Positions 40,185 through 51,353 of a stretch of 64,000 bases of DNA are shown here, piece by piece (the stretch's first letter is position 1; every line of letters starts with the position of its first letter). The position numbers and the translations under genes are program-made. The stretch comes from Promethearchaeota archaeon (GTDB lineage Archaea; Asgardarchaeota; Lokiarchaeia; Sigyniarchaeales; SOKP01), in the NCBI GenBank assembly GCA_019057865.1, contig JAHLWP010000003.1, forward strand, positions 148,192-212,191, written 5' to 3'. The notes below the pieces were generated by a model. It was not told the DNA's origin, ran no database searches, and saw only the letters and a program-made list of their open reading frames with translations.

Positions 40185-41536
40185 CTCTTTATTTTTCCTA
40201 TTGATTTAGTATCTATTTTTGATTTCATAGCATAGAAAACAACGATTCCACAGATTATAATGATTATCTGAATAAGAATAACATACCAATTAAAAGTGAA
40301 TAATAAAGCAATGCAAATAATTGATCCTAATAAAGCGATTACTGGAAATCCTTTAATACTCGGTTTTAATTTAAAAGGTCTTTCTATATCTGGTTTCTTT
40401 TTTCTTAAAGCAAGTAAGCTTATATTAACCAAGATAAAATTAATAAGCACACCAAAAACAGTTGCGTGAGCAACTACTGAAATATCCCCAAATAAGATCG
40501 GAATTAATGTAAAGCACATGGTTAGCACTACTGCAGTTGTCGGAGTTCTAAATTCTGGTGAGATTTTACTTAATTTTTCTGGTAGTGCTTTATCTCTAGC
40601 CATACCATACATCATACGAGAAGTTACGATTAACATTATAAGAACCGTATTTGCAGTGGCAAATAATGCAATAAAAGACATGATTATTCCACCTCCTGGT
40701 CCTAAAACTTCTGCAGCGACTTCATTTAAAGGAGCATCAGAATCTGCAATGTCACCATATGGTAATATACTGATTACTGAAATAGCAGTAATGCAGTAGA
40801 GAATAGTAGTGATAATAATCGAATAAATTATGGCTTTAGGTATATTCTTTTGAGGTTCTTTAACTTCCTCCGCGATATTAGCAATATCTTCAAAACCTAT
40901 GTATGCAAAAAAGATTAAAGCAACTGAAGACAATATAGCTGCAAAAGATGCTCCTGAGGGAAGTACAAAATAATTTGGTTCACGTTTTCCAAAGAACCCA
41001 AGGATAATAATAATAATTAAACCTGACACTTCGATTAATGTAAATATGATATTAGTTCTAGTGGATGTCTTGATACCAAGTGAATTTATAATACTGAGGG
41101 CTATAACAAGTAAAATGCTATAACTTATAATAACAAATATTGAAGGTACATTGATTAAATCGGCTAGATAACCTCCAAAAGCTAGAGCAACAGTAGCCGC
41201 GGATAATATCCCTGAAAAAATAATTATCCATCCTAATATAAACGACAGACTCCTTTTCTTGAATGCTTCCTCTGTATAAACAAATTCCGCAGCACTTTTA
41301 GGGAACATTGCAGAAAGTTCGGCATATGATAATCCTGTTAAAGCTCCAGTAATAGAAGCTAATACGAACGCTAGCCATGATAGATTTCCTGTTTTTCCCA
41401 AAACTTCACCTATTAACGCATATATCCCTGCACCTAATATATTTCCTACACCATATACAGTAAGTGCAAATAAGGAAACTCTGCGCTTTAGTTTTGGACT
41501 TTTTTTAGGTTCTTCCATGATTACTCTCTTTTTCAA
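40181..41536 (-). CDS. APC-family amino-acid permease
   Basis: ILGAGIY, YAELSAMFP, FFAYIGFE and SRMMYGMARD motifs. Confidence 0.92.
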   Translation of the reverse strand: MKKRVIMEEPKKSPKLKRRVSLFALTVYGVGNILGAGIYALIGEVLGKTGNLSWLAFVLASITGALTGLSYAELSAMFPKSAAEFVYTEEAFKKRSLSFILGWIIIFSGILSAATVALAFGGYLADLINVPSIFVIISYSILLVIALSIINSLGIKTSTRTNIIFTLIEVSGLIIIIILGFFGKREPNYFVLPSGASFAAILSSVALIFFAYIGFEDIANIAEEVKEPQKNIPKAIIYSIIITTILYCITAISVISILPYGDIADSDAPLNEVAAEVLGPGGGIIMSFIALFATANTVLIMLIVTSRMMYGMARDKALPEKLSKISPEFRTPTTAVVLTMCFTLIPILFGDISVVAHATVFGVLINFILVNISLLALRKKKPDIERPFKLKPSIKGFPVIALLGSIICIALLFTFNWYVILIQIIIIICGIVVFYAMKSKIDTKSIGKIKS

Positions 41537-41617
41537 TATGAATAATTATATTTTCAATTTTATAAAAACTATATAGGAAAATTTCAAAATCAGATTTGAA
41601 TTATTTAGTACTTCTGA

Positions 41618-42133
41618 TTATTTTAATTTCTCAAGTCTTACTATGCATGGTTGTTGGCTATGTTTATGTTTTTTCACTTGTTGTAATCTAAATTCTCTTC
41701 TTTTTTTAGCCTCTTCATATCTGCGGCGATCATCTTCTGTTTCTGGGATAATTTGTGGAATTTTAACCGGTTTATCATTCTCGTCTAGAGCAACAAAGCT
41801 AAGGTATGCTGAACCAACATGCGTGTGTGTTCCAGTTCTTAAACATTCTGCTTCAATTCTTACTCCGATTTCCATAGATGTATTTGCAACATAATTTATT
41901 GATGCTTTAGCAAAAACTAAATTCCCAACATAAACTGGAGATATAAAATCCATTCGATCAACTGAAGCCGTGACACAATTACGATGAGTATGCCTTGCTG
42001 CTACTATAGCTCCTGCTTGATCAACCAATTTTAAGATATATCCTCCATGAACATTACCCGTAGCATTAGAGTGTTCTGGCATCATTACTTGAGTAAGTTC
42101 AATTTTAGATTCTGATACTTTTTTTGCTTCCAA
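41618..42133 (-). CDS. Hotdog-fold acyl-CoA thioesterase (YciA-like)
   Basis: NATGNVHGG..LKLVD and VTASVDRMDF. Confidence 0.92.
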   Translation of the reverse strand: MEAKKVSESKIELTQVMMPEHSNATGNVHGGYILKLVDQAGAIVAARHTHRNCVTASVDRMDFISPVYVGNLVFAKASINYVANTSMEIGVRIEAECLRTGTHTHVGSAYLSFVALDENDKPVKIPQIIPETEDDRRRYEEAKKRREFRLQQVKKHKHSQQPCIVRLEKLK

Positions 42134-42363
42134 TTTTAAATTACCTTTTGGAGTCTTTTTGATAAAAATACAAAAGTCTAGTATAATGATAAAAATTATT
42201 ATTTTAAATTATAATTCTTAATTTTTTTTAAACATTTTAAATTTATTTTCCTAACCAATAGTTTTATATTTAACGTCATTTTCTATAGATCATAAAATTC
42301 TGAATAAATATTCATTTTATAATATAATAAATAAAGAAAAAAGGATTTTCAGAGTGATAAGTT

Positions 42364-42873
42364 ATGCCAAGTTTTGAAGAAACTTATGAAGCAATTAAGG
42401 CAGATTGGAATGCTGGAGAGAAAAATTTTAATATAGAATGTGAGATGCTTTCTGAGGGTATGCAGGTAAATTGTATAATGGGCAATTCAGCAGGAGAACC
42501 TTTTGAATTGCTTATTGATGCTCCAGGCGGATTAAGTGGCTCAAATAAAGGTCCTTCTCCTTTATTAGTTATTTTATCATCAATTGGTGCTTGTATAATT
42601 GCTGTAACTAAATTTTGGGCCAAGATTATGGATATTAAAATTGAAGAAATGAAAGTGTTTTCACGTGGACATATCAATCTTGGTGCACTTTTTGGAATAG
42701 ATGATAGTAAACTTGCTGGATATGATAAACTTGAACCTGTAATAAGAATTAAAGCAGATGCTTCAGAAGATAAAATTAATGATCTTATGGATAAAGTCTT
42801 TAACCATTGTCCTGTTATTACAAATTTTGGTGGAGCATCAAAAATTACTCCTAAAGTTCAAATAAAAAAGTAA
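42364..42873 (+). CDS. OsmC/Ohr-family protein
   Basis: GPSPLLVILSSIGAC...HCPV. Confidence 0.85.
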   Translation: MPSFEETYEAIKADWNAGEKNFNIECEMLSEGMQVNCIMGNSAGEPFELLIDAPGGLSGSNKGPSPLLVILSSIGACIIAVTKFWAKIMDIKIEEMKVFSRGHINLGALFGIDDSKLAGYDKLEPVIRIKADASEDKINDLMDKVFNHCPVITNFGGASKITPKVQIKK

Positions 42874-43034
42874 ATAAACTACTAATTATCTTTTTTTTTA
42901 TTAATTTTGAATTTATCATAACTGATTAGATCCCCAACCAAGGACGACTTTATATTTTACAGATATTGAAAATAAATTATTAATCAACAAATTATTATAT
43001 TTCTTAATTACATAACTCATTTTCTTATAAATAA

Positions 43035-43673
43035 TTGCTATTTATGCATAATTTTAAGTATATTATTTGGGATTTTGATGGCACATTATTTAATACTTAT
43101 CCACATATAGCTTCAGTAATAGTAGAAATCATGAAGAATAACTATAAAATTGATTTAAATTTGAAAGAAGTCCAAGGATGGTGTGAAATAGGCTTAAAAT
43201 TTTGTTTTAACAAAATCACCTCAGATTTCAAGATAAGTTTATCAGAATTTCAAGATTTGTTTAATAAAGGATATGGGGTAAATATAGAATCTCAGCAAAC
43301 TCCCTTTCCAAGAGCAGAAGAAATACTTAAATATATTCAAAAAAATGGTGGTAAGAACTTTATTGTCACTCATCGAGGGATTAAAACCTTATCTAAATTA
43401 CTAAGTTACTATATTATGGAAAAATATTTTGAAAAAATAATTACATATGAAGATGGTTTTCCAAACAAGCCAGATCCTGCATCTTTTTTATATGTAATTA
43501 ATGAAAATAAATTGCCAAGAGAGAAAGTTATATCAATTGGTGATAGAGAAATTGATATTCAAACTGCACGTGCGATTAATATTAAATCTTGCTTTTTCAA
43601 TCCTGAAGGAAAAATTCAAGAATTAGCGGATTTTAATATTAAAAATCTTATTGAGTTAAAAAAGATACTTTAA
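43035..43673 (+). CDS. HAD-superfamily hydrolase
   Basis: WDFDGTL, KPDP and IGDREID motifs. Confidence 0.92.
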   Translation: MLFMHNFKYIIWDFDGTLFNTYPHIASVIVEIMKNNYKIDLNLKEVQGWCEIGLKFCFNKITSDFKISLSEFQDLFNKGYGVNIESQQTPFPRAEEILKYIQKNGGKNFIVTHRGIKTLSKLLSYYIMEKYFEKIITYEDGFPNKPDPASFLYVINENKLPREKVISIGDREIDIQTARAINIKSCFFNPEGKIQELADFNIKNLIELKKIL

Positions 43674-43786
43674 TCTCACTAATCTCACTAAGATATTTCT
43701 ATAGCTTGATTTAACAATTTGATTTCAGTGCGAAAACTATTAGATTGTGTTGTTTTTAGAATTATATAAAATAAGAAAAAATTAAC

Positions 43787-44632
43787 TTATTTAAGAGAAT
43801 ATTTAGGGTCTCTTTTTTCAAAAAATGCGCTAGAGGCTTCATTCATATCCTTGGAGGAGAAAGTAATAACTTGTGAGCTATTCTCAAATTGAATAATTGT
43901 GTCTAGGCTAGGTGAATCAAGACTTAAATTAATAGCTTTCTTAGTCATACGTAATCCTATGGGGCTTTTCTTTAACATTTCTTCTGCTAATTCCATTGCA
44001 GCATCTAATAGTTTATCTTTTTCAACAAGTCTATTAACTAATCCTATTTCTTTTGCTTCTTTACCATTAACAGTTCTTCCTATATATAATATTTCTGCTG
44101 CTGTTGACATTCCTATCAAACGTGGTAAAAAGTAACTCGCTCCTATATCAGCTCCAGTAAGTCCGATATTAATCGGCGAATTAATAAATTGCGCTTCTTC
44201 ACTAACAATGCGTATATCTGCTGCTAAAATAAATGAAAGTCCACCACCTGCTGCTGGTCCTTGAATAAGTGCGATGATTGGTTGACTTATTTTTCGCATC
44301 TTTAAAATTATCTGAGATATCCTCCATTGATAGTAGATCTTTTTTTTAATAGGTTCTGTAACATCTAAGAAGTAATATTTTTTATAATTCTCTTGTATTT
44401 TTTTTGAATTTAAAATTAAGCCTTCTTGCAAATCTGTTCCTGCGCAGAATGCCCTTCCTGCTCCTTTTAAAATAATGACTCTACAATTTAAATTTACTAT
44501 CAACTGATCTAAAATTGAATGCAATTCCTCTTCCATTTGAAAACTAATCGCATTTAGCTTCTCCGGTCTATTTAAAGTTAAAATTCCTATACCATTTTCT
44601 TGTAATTCCCATTTAATTGTTTCGAAATTCAT
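43787..44632 (-). CDS. Enoyl-CoA hydratase/isomerase family protein
   Basis: LNRPEKLNA, AFCAGTDL and GPAAGGG motifs. Confidence 0.92.
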   Translation of the reverse strand: MNFETIKWELQENGIGILTLNRPEKLNAISFQMEEELHSILDQLIVNLNCRVIILKGAGRAFCAGTDLQEGLILNSKKIQENYKKYYFLDVTEPIKKKIYYQWRISQIILKMRKISQPIIALIQGPAAGGGLSFILAADIRIVSEEAQFINSPINIGLTGADIGASYFLPRLIGMSTAAEILYIGRTVNGKEAKEIGLVNRLVEKDKLLDAAMELAEEMLKKSPIGLRMTKKAINLSLDSPSLDTIIQFENSSQVITFSSKDMNEASSAFFEKRDPKYSLK

Positions 44633-44681
44633 ATAATTTCACGAGTGGTGTATAAAATTTAGAAAATTAAAGAAATTTATA

Positions 44682-45455
44682 TTATAAAGCATTTAAAGTT
44701 TTTTTAGCGATGAGAAATAACGTTTTTAAATGCTCTTCAGTTAAATGAAAATGCAATTTCCATTCATCTTCACCTAAGTAATCACTAATTGTAAAGATTG
44801 CCCCAGCTTCAACATTCAAATACTCTGCCACAGCAAATATAGCTGCTGCTTCCATATCAACAGTTAAAACTCCTTCTTTTTGATATTGTTTTATCTCTGG
44901 ATATGTTTCTCGATAAGGAGCGTCTATTGTCCAGTCTGTACCTACTGTAAACTCTAAATCCATAGCTTTCATAACTTCAACTAGTTTTTCAGTTAATTTT
45001 TTAGATGGGAAAGAATATTTTTCAGGTTTTAGGTAATGATATGAAGTACCTTCATCCCTAATTGATTTATCACATACTACAAAACTTCTTAATTGTAAAC
45101 TTTTTTGTAATGAACCAGCAGTTCCAATTGATAGAAATAGTTTAATACCAAAAGTATTGAGTTCTTCAATTAAAATGGCAACCATTGGAGCACCAATACC
45201 GAAACCACCACAAATTCCTAATTGATCATCATTCTCCTCTAAAATATAAAAATGATCTCCAAAAATATAGTCAATTTTTTTTACTGAATGGTTTTCAAGA
45301 ATATAATTAAATAATGGGGTTGAATAACAAACGATAACTCCTTTAGGGGGTTTTACATTCGGAATTCTTCCTATTTCTTTTTTATACTTCCAAAAACCTT
45401 TAGCTGTTACAAATGATCTCTCAAGGTATTTATCTGGATAATTTGGAAAAGGCAT
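44682..45455 (-). CDS. Nucleoside phosphorylase (PNP/UDP family)
   Basis: GIGAP, GTAGSL, RDEGTSYHY, TIDAPYRET and VDMEAAA motifs. Confidence 0.9.
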   Translation of the reverse strand: MPFPNYPDKYLERSFVTAKGFWKYKKEIGRIPNVKPPKGVIVCYSTPLFNYILENHSVKKIDYIFGDHFYILEENDDQLGICGGFGIGAPMVAILIEELNTFGIKLFLSIGTAGSLQKSLQLRSFVVCDKSIRDEGTSYHYLKPEKYSFPSKKLTEKLVEVMKAMDLEFTVGTDWTIDAPYRETYPEIKQYQKEGVLTVDMEAAAIFAVAEYLNVEAGAIFTISDYLGEDEWKLHFHLTEEHLKTLFLIAKKTLNAL

Positions 45456-45615
45456 TTTTTTAAAAATTAATATTTAATTAGAAGCAATAATTTCGCTATA
45501 ATGTTTTATCATAATTAAATTTCAATTATTTAATACAATCAATAATTATAAATAGTATTATCATTTCAAGTTAATTTAAATAGAGTAATTGTAAGATAAT
45601 GTAGTTGATTAGAAA

Positions 45616-48015
45616 TTGATTACTGAGAAGGCAATGAAAAGAACCATAAAACTGAAAAATAATCTACTATCAAGTAAATATGAATTATGTATTGAACGTA
45701 TGAAATTTTTTACCGAAATCTATAAAAAATACCCAAATGATCCTGAGATCATAAAACGAGCAAAAGCTATAGCTCATACTTTAAGAAATATGACAATATT
45801 CATCCGAGAAAACGAGTTGCTCGTAGGAAATGAGACAAGTAAAAATCTAGGAGAGAAAATCTTTCTAGACTTATACTCATATGATAAGACTTTAGGTGAT
45901 CGAAATAGTATTCAGAAATATAGAAAAAGAAAACTGCAACCCTTTTATATTGAAGATAGTGAAATTGAGGAACTTTTAAAAATATTCCCTTATTGGAAAG
46001 GCAAGGCATTATATGGTGATATAATTCCAAAAGAATTATTCGATAGGAAATTGATTACCGGATTAGATCGTATTAAAGTAGCTGCCCCTAATATATCTAT
46101 TGCCAATGGTACAAACGAAGGGCATATGTGTATCGGATATGAAAAATTATTGAAATTAGGATATAATGGTATTATTAGAGAAGTAGAATCTTATCAATCG
46201 TCATTAAATAAAAATGACTCAAATTATGATGAAAAATTCAATTTTTATGAAGCTGTTAAAATTTGTTATGAAGCAGCAATTAACTTTTCTAAGAGATACT
46301 CTGAACTTGCGTACAATATGTCTTTAAATAAAAAAAATGAGCAAAGTAAAAAGGAACTTGAAGAAATTGCTAAAATGATGGAAAAGCTCACCATAAAGTC
46401 TCCTAATACATTTTATGAAGCTGTTCAGCTTATCTGTTTTACTCAAAATATTGTAAATATCATTTATCAAAGAAGTGTAGTTGCATTAGGACGGCTTGAT
46501 CAGATATTATGGTCTTATTATCAGATGGATTTAGAAAAAAATAGGATCACTAGAGATTTTGCTTTAGAGTTGATTGAAGAATTAAATTTAAAGCTTACTT
46601 GGAATGTTACACTATTACCAACAGATTATACTATGGTTTCAAATGCTTTAGGGTTAAATACTCAAACCATAACTATTTCAGGAGTAGATAGAAATGGAAA
46701 TGATGCTACAAATGAACTTTCTTATCTATTTCTTGAAGCATATAAAAATATCAAGGCTTTAACAACTGATTTATCAATCAGAATTCATAAAGTTACTCCA
46801 AAAGAATTTTTCAAAAAAGCAATAGAAGTGTTTCAATTCACATCTGGAATTGCATTCTATAATGACGATATAATTATACCCTCTTTAGAAAAAGCGGGTT
46901 ATACCATTGAAGACGCCCAAAATTATGCAATAATAGGATGTGTTGAACCTACTAGTCAAGGAAATACATTTGCAGCAACTGGTAGAATGTATGTAAATTT
47001 ACCCGGTGTTCTCGAATTAGTTCTCAATAATGGATATTGTAATTTAACCCGACAAAAAAGTGGGTTAGAAACGGGAAATCCTATTAATTTTACAACCTAT
47101 GATGAATTATATAATGCATTTATCCTGCAACTGCGGTATAATATTGAGAAATCTGTTAAAGTAGCAGAAGTAGGGGATGATATGACTATAAAGTATTTTC
47201 AACAGCCATTTATCTCTGCTCTAATTGATGGATGTGTAGAAAGTGGAAAAGATTATACTGAAGGTGGAGCTAAATATAATTTCTCTTCTATTACGGCATA
47301 TGGTTTTGCTACGTTAGTGGATTCGTTGTACAATATAAAGAAATTAGTGTTTGAAGAAAAATTAATGTTATTACCAGAACTAGTTCAAATTTTAAATTCA
47401 AATTTTAATGGTCAAGAAGAACTTAGACAAAAATTAATAAATAGATATGATAAATGGGGAAATGATAAAGAAGATATTGATTTACTTGCATCAGAATTAT
47501 GGGATTTATACTGTTCTGAAGTTGTAAAGCATAAATGCATTAGAGGAGGTCGATATAATCCTGGTGCTTATTCAATGGGAGTCCACGTAATGGAAGGTCT
47601 TTTTACAAAACCCACTGCTGATGGAAGAAAGGCAATGCAGCCAATATCTAATAGCCTTTCACCTGTAAATAAAGGGGAAAAAAATGGAATTACCGCCACG
47701 CTAAATTCAATCGCGAAACTGAATTATGATTTAGCTACAAACGGAGTTGCCGTTAATGTAAGAATTCATCCACAAAATCTTAAAAATGAAGAAAACGTGG
47801 ATAAATTCTATAGCTTACTTAAATCTTATTTTGAATTAGGTGGAATGCAGATACAACCTAATGTTGTTTCAACTGAAACCTTAAGAGATGCTCAAAAGCA
47901 TCCAGAACAATATCCAGACTTAATAGTTAAAGTTGGAGGATATAACGCAACTTTCGTGGACTTAGGTGCTCCAATTCAAAAGGATATAATTAATAGATTA
48001 GAATATAACTTCTAA
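45616..48015 (+). CDS. Glycyl-radical enzyme (PFL2/dehydratase-like, single active Cys)
   Basis: GRLDQ, IIGCVEP and C-terminal LIVKVGGYNATF glycyl loop. Confidence 0.9.
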   Translation: MITEKAMKRTIKLKNNLLSSKYELCIERMKFFTEIYKKYPNDPEIIKRAKAIAHTLRNMTIFIRENELLVGNETSKNLGEKIFLDLYSYDKTLGDRNSIQKYRKRKLQPFYIEDSEIEELLKIFPYWKGKALYGDIIPKELFDRKLITGLDRIKVAAPNISIANGTNEGHMCIGYEKLLKLGYNGIIREVESYQSSLNKNDSNYDEKFNFYEAVKICYEAAINFSKRYSELAYNMSLNKKNEQSKKELEEIAKMMEKLTIKSPNTFYEAVQLICFTQNIVNIIYQRSVVALGRLDQILWSYYQMDLEKNRITRDFALELIEELNLKLTWNVTLLPTDYTMVSNALGLNTQTITISGVDRNGNDATNELSYLFLEAYKNIKALTTDLSIRIHKVTPKEFFKKAIEVFQFTSGIAFYNDDIIIPSLEKAGYTIEDAQNYAIIGCVEPTSQGNTFAATGRMYVNLPGVLELVLNNGYCNLTRQKSGLETGNPINFTTYDELYNAFILQLRYNIEKSVKVAEVGDDMTIKYFQQPFISALIDGCVESGKDYTEGGAKYNFSSITAYGFATLVDSLYNIKKLVFEEKLMLLPELVQILNSNFNGQEELRQKLINRYDKWGNDKEDIDLLASELWDLYCSEVVKHKCIRGGRYNPGAYSMGVHVMEGLFTKPTADGRKAMQPISNSLSPVNKGEKNGITATLNSIAKLNYDLATNGVAVNVRIHPQNLKNEENVDKFYSLLKSYFELGGMQIQPNVVSTETLRDAQKHPEQYPDLIVKVGGYNATFVDLGAPIQKDIINRLEYNF

Positions 48016-48047
48016 TGCATTAAAAGAATAAAAAAAGGAAAATGTTT

Positions 48048-49334
48048 CTAGATTTTGATATTACTTATATTTGAGCTAATTTCATCAATTAAACTTGGAT
48101 CATCATAATTTATTCTTCTAATGCTTGAAAAGCTCCAAATTAAAATAGTTGTTAAGATCATTAAAAGAGCACTATACAATAATAAATTAGCATTTCCTAA
48201 TAATATTGCTAAGGGTCCTGTTATAATAGTTCCAATTGGTGCTATCGACATAGATAAGGCGTGATCAATTGATGTAACTCTGCCGATTTTATCTTTGGGC
48301 ACAATAGTTTGTATCCATGTTTGATATAACGAATTTATAATTGGTAGCATTAATCCCAGTACAAAGCCACCTATACTGATTATAAAAAATGCACCTGTTG
48401 GAGCTATAGAAAATATTGCGTATCCTATTCCAGCAACTACTATGCCGAGAAAAATTATCCTCATTCTATTTGTCCATTCTTTCTTAAAAGAGGCTACCAG
48501 AGCGCCAATGATCATACCTCCTTGAAAAGAAATCATAGTTAAAGCAAAGATTAATTCAGTTCCTCCATGATCTATTAGAATATAGAGTGACATTAAAGTA
48601 TCTAGTGGTCTTATCAAAAAATTTATAAGCATACTTACTATAATCATTGCTGTTAATCCTGGGATTAATTTTAATGTTTTAAAACCCAATTTAAATTCTT
48701 TAATAAACGAATTTTTTTCTATGGTGCCAGGATTTTCTACAAGATGTTTCACTGAGGGAATACTTATTAGCAATAATGGAATCAATGCTATGAAAAAAGT
48801 AATTACATCTGCCCATAGAAGGAGATTAATCGTTAAAAATACCAATAATACTGCCGCTACAAATTGAGCAGAAAGTTGAACAACTCCAGTAAATAAATAA
48901 TTTATTCCATTAATTCTAGTTAATTTTTCTTGTGGAACCATAGCAGGTATAATTGCATTTACTGTAGGTAAATGAAACGCTTGAAATACACTCCTCAAAC
49001 TAATAAAAATAAGCATCATCCATGTAGTTAAAATATTGAGTTGAAATAGGATAATTAGTATAAATGTAGTAAATGCTTGTAATGAATCTACAACAATTAT
49101 TAGGACTTTTCGATTTAATCTATCAGCAAATACTCCCGCAATTGGCATACAAATTGTCATGGGAAGTATGTACATAAATGAAGCGGTCGCCATGAACATG
49201 GCACTTCCAGTTTCAAGTGTTAGCCATATTGTTATAGCAAAAAATGCTATAGTCGATCCAAATAAAGAAAATAATTGCCCTGTCCAAAAAAAGAGATAAT
49301 TCCTATAGGTTTTTTTATTTGCTGTATCTTCCAT
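48048..49334 (-). CDS. MFS transporter (MefA/DHA3-like)
   Basis: FWTGQLFSLFGS, GVFADRLNRK and about 12 TM helices. Confidence 0.9.
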   Translation of the reverse strand: MEDTANKKTYRNYLFFWTGQLFSLFGSTIAFFAITIWLTLETGSAMFMATASFMYILPMTICMPIAGVFADRLNRKVLIIVVDSLQAFTTFILIILFQLNILTTWMMLIFISLRSVFQAFHLPTVNAIIPAMVPQEKLTRINGINYLFTGVVQLSAQFVAAVLLVFLTINLLLWADVITFFIALIPLLLISIPSVKHLVENPGTIEKNSFIKEFKLGFKTLKLIPGLTAMIIVSMLINFLIRPLDTLMSLYILIDHGGTELIFALTMISFQGGMIIGALVASFKKEWTNRMRIIFLGIVVAGIGYAIFSIAPTGAFFIISIGGFVLGLMLPIINSLYQTWIQTIVPKDKIGRVTSIDHALSMSIAPIGTIITGPLAILLGNANLLLYSALLMILTTILIWSFSSIRRINYDDPSLIDEISSNISNIKI

Positions 49335-49396
49335 TTTTATCCCTTAATTTCCTAATTATTTTTTGTTTCTATAATTTTTTTTAATTAAATGAAAGT

Positions 49397-50314
49397 TTAC
49401 ATTTTATCAATTATTTTAAAAAGCTTAGAAAGAACCACTTCAGGATCGCCCGTAAATTTAAATACTCCTTCCTCCAGATCTCCCTCAATACCCTCCGCAG
49501 CTAATTCATAAATTAGATTCTCAGCTTCTTCTTTAGAAATATTGAGAGTTTGAGAAAATTTCTCGATTGGTATTGATTTTTGAAGCTTAATTAAACCTTG
49601 AATACGCTTTTTAATACGATCTTTTTCAATTTCATCCGAAACGTGCACTTTCATTCTTGGTTTAGTAAATTCTTCCCCAAATTGAGCTTCTATTCGTCGA
49701 CCTAAGTCTTCTATTCCCGATTTTTTTACCGCTTTTTCAATACCTTCGCCCATTTTCTCCATCTTTCTACCTAAGACTTCTAATTTAGCAATATCTCCAA
49801 TGTTATTTTTAACAAATTTCATTGATTTTCGAACTAACTCTGAAACTGAAGCACCTAAACCTTCTGCCCAATCTTTCCATTCATCGCTCATCTCAGGATC
49901 AACTGAAATATTTATTCTTTTTACAGCTTTTTTTCTTACCTTATCAAACTTTTTCCTTACTTTATCTCTTAATTTGTATTCATATTTATGTACTTTTTCT
50001 TTTAAATGCTCAAGCTTTTCTCTTGTGTCTTCGATTTTTTCCCTTGCGTCTCCTCCTAGATCCTCTAAGTTTTCCCTTACATCTCCAATTTCATTTAATA
50101 AGGATTCTCTTTCCTCCTCAAGATCTTCCAGGTCTTCTCTTAAATCTCCTTTTATATCCTCACTTTCTTCTAACAAATCGTCTATCTCATCCCTAAACTC
50201 ATCATATAAATCATCTAATTCATCCAGAAGATCGTCTCGAATAGTATTTAACTCCCATTTTATCCTCTCGGCTTCTCTCTTATCCTCTTCATTTTTTTCT
50301 TCATCATTTGACAT
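49397..50314 (-). CDS. Acidic coiled-coil plus RHH plus C-terminal PCI/winged-helix protein
   Basis: D/E-rich coil; RINISVDPEMSDEWKDWAEGLGASVSELVRKSM (RHH); IPIEKFSQTLNISKEEAENLIYELAAEGIEG. Confidence 0.75.
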   Translation of the reverse strand: MSNDEEKNEEDKREAERIKWELNTIRDDLLDELDDLYDEFRDEIDDLLEESEDIKGDLREDLEDLEEERESLLNEIGDVRENLEDLGGDAREKIEDTREKLEHLKEKVHKYEYKLRDKVRKKFDKVRKKAVKRINISVDPEMSDEWKDWAEGLGASVSELVRKSMKFVKNNIGDIAKLEVLGRKMEKMGEGIEKAVKKSGIEDLGRRIEAQFGEEFTKPRMKVHVSDEIEKDRIKKRIQGLIKLQKSIPIEKFSQTLNISKEEAENLIYELAAEGIEGDLEEGVFKFTGDPEVVLSKLFKIIDKM

Positions 50315-50349
50315 GTTTATTCCTCCTTCTTTTTTTAAATTTTAACATT

Positions 50350-51024
50350 TTATTCATTTTGCTTGATTTGAATAGGTTTATTAGCTAAAGTGGCTTTTTG
50401 GTGTCTTTCAATAGTGTCAATGTAATAAACTGCTCCTGAAATCTCTGTTCCCTGACCAATTCTTACATTCCGTCCTTTAACATCCCCATCAACAAATGTT
50501 CCGGTAATGTCAACTGTATTTGTGGCAGAAATATTTCCATACACTTTAAATGGTTGTTTAAACATTTTTTTGGCTCGCACCAGACGTGTGCCGATAAATA
50601 TATCCTCTCCAGTGATATCTCCATTAATCGTACTCGAGCCGTTAATATCAATACTTTTTTGAGAAAGTAGTCCGCCTTGAATTCTTGCTGAACCTGAAAA
50701 TCTAATTCCCTGAAGAGCTTCCACATTATTTCCTGCCCTAAATGACCCTGAACTTCCTAATTCTCCCTTAATCGAAATCTCCCCTCCTACCGACGCTGAG
50801 CCAGAAAACCTGGCATTACCATCTCCATTAAGGTGTCCTATAATTCTAAATGACCCAGAACTTCTAGTATCACCTAAAACAGTTAAATTACCTGCCCCCC
50901 TCATAGAACCAGATGATCGAAATCCAGTACACTTAAAATTTCCCTCTATTTTAGCTGAGCCTGAAACAATTAGCTCGTCATTAATTTCTCCCTCTGAAAG
51001 TCTTCCTGATCCAGATATTTTCAT
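50350..51024 (-). CDS. Bactofilin / polymer-forming cytoskeletal protein (YhbE/YhbF-like)
   Basis: Repeated xSGSxxIxGxL beta-helix units and VKGRNVRIGQGTEISGAVYY. Confidence 0.8.
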   Translation of the reverse strand: MKISGSGRLSEGEINDELIVSGSAKIEGNFKCTGFRSSGSMRGAGNLTVLGDTRSSGSFRIIGHLNGDGNARFSGSASVGGEISIKGELGSSGSFRAGNNVEALQGIRFSGSARIQGGLLSQKSIDINGSSTINGDITGEDIFIGTRLVRAKKMFKQPFKVYGNISATNTVDITGTFVDGDVKGRNVRIGQGTEISGAVYYIDTIERHQKATLANKPIQIKQNE

Positions 51025-51145
51025 ATTTTTTAACCTCTTCTTTTATTTTTTTGTTTTGTTATTTTTTTTTTAATTTCTTCTTTTATGATTTTGTTTTATT
51101 ACTTATTTGTGAACTTGATTAATATTATAAAAAAATGTAAATTAA

Positions 51146-51235
51146 TTAATAGATTATAAGATATCTATTTTGACGGGAAGCTACCTCATTTTTCACATCA
51201 AAAATATTCTTTTCCAATTCATTTTCAATTTTCAT
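51146..51235 (-). CDS. Putative 29-aa peptide MKIENELEKNIFDVKNEVASRQNRYLIIY
   Basis: GGAGGA RBS properly spaced before the ATG; C-terminus resembles the neighbouring peptide. Confidence 0.5.
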   Translation of the reverse strand: MKIENELEKNIFDVKNEVASRQNRYLIIY

Positions 51236-51353
51236 TTTTTTTCCTCCATTTTTCTTAATTTTTGTTTGAGTTTTTTAGTTAGTTTTAATTTTTGATTAAC
51301 TTTTTTATTATTTTTTTTAATGAACGTGAATTAAAATAAAAAAAAAAGATTAT

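Noticed and set aside
42920-42950. tRNA-like 3' end (TCCCCAACCA)
   Set aside because: No cloverleaf or T-loop consensus upstream.
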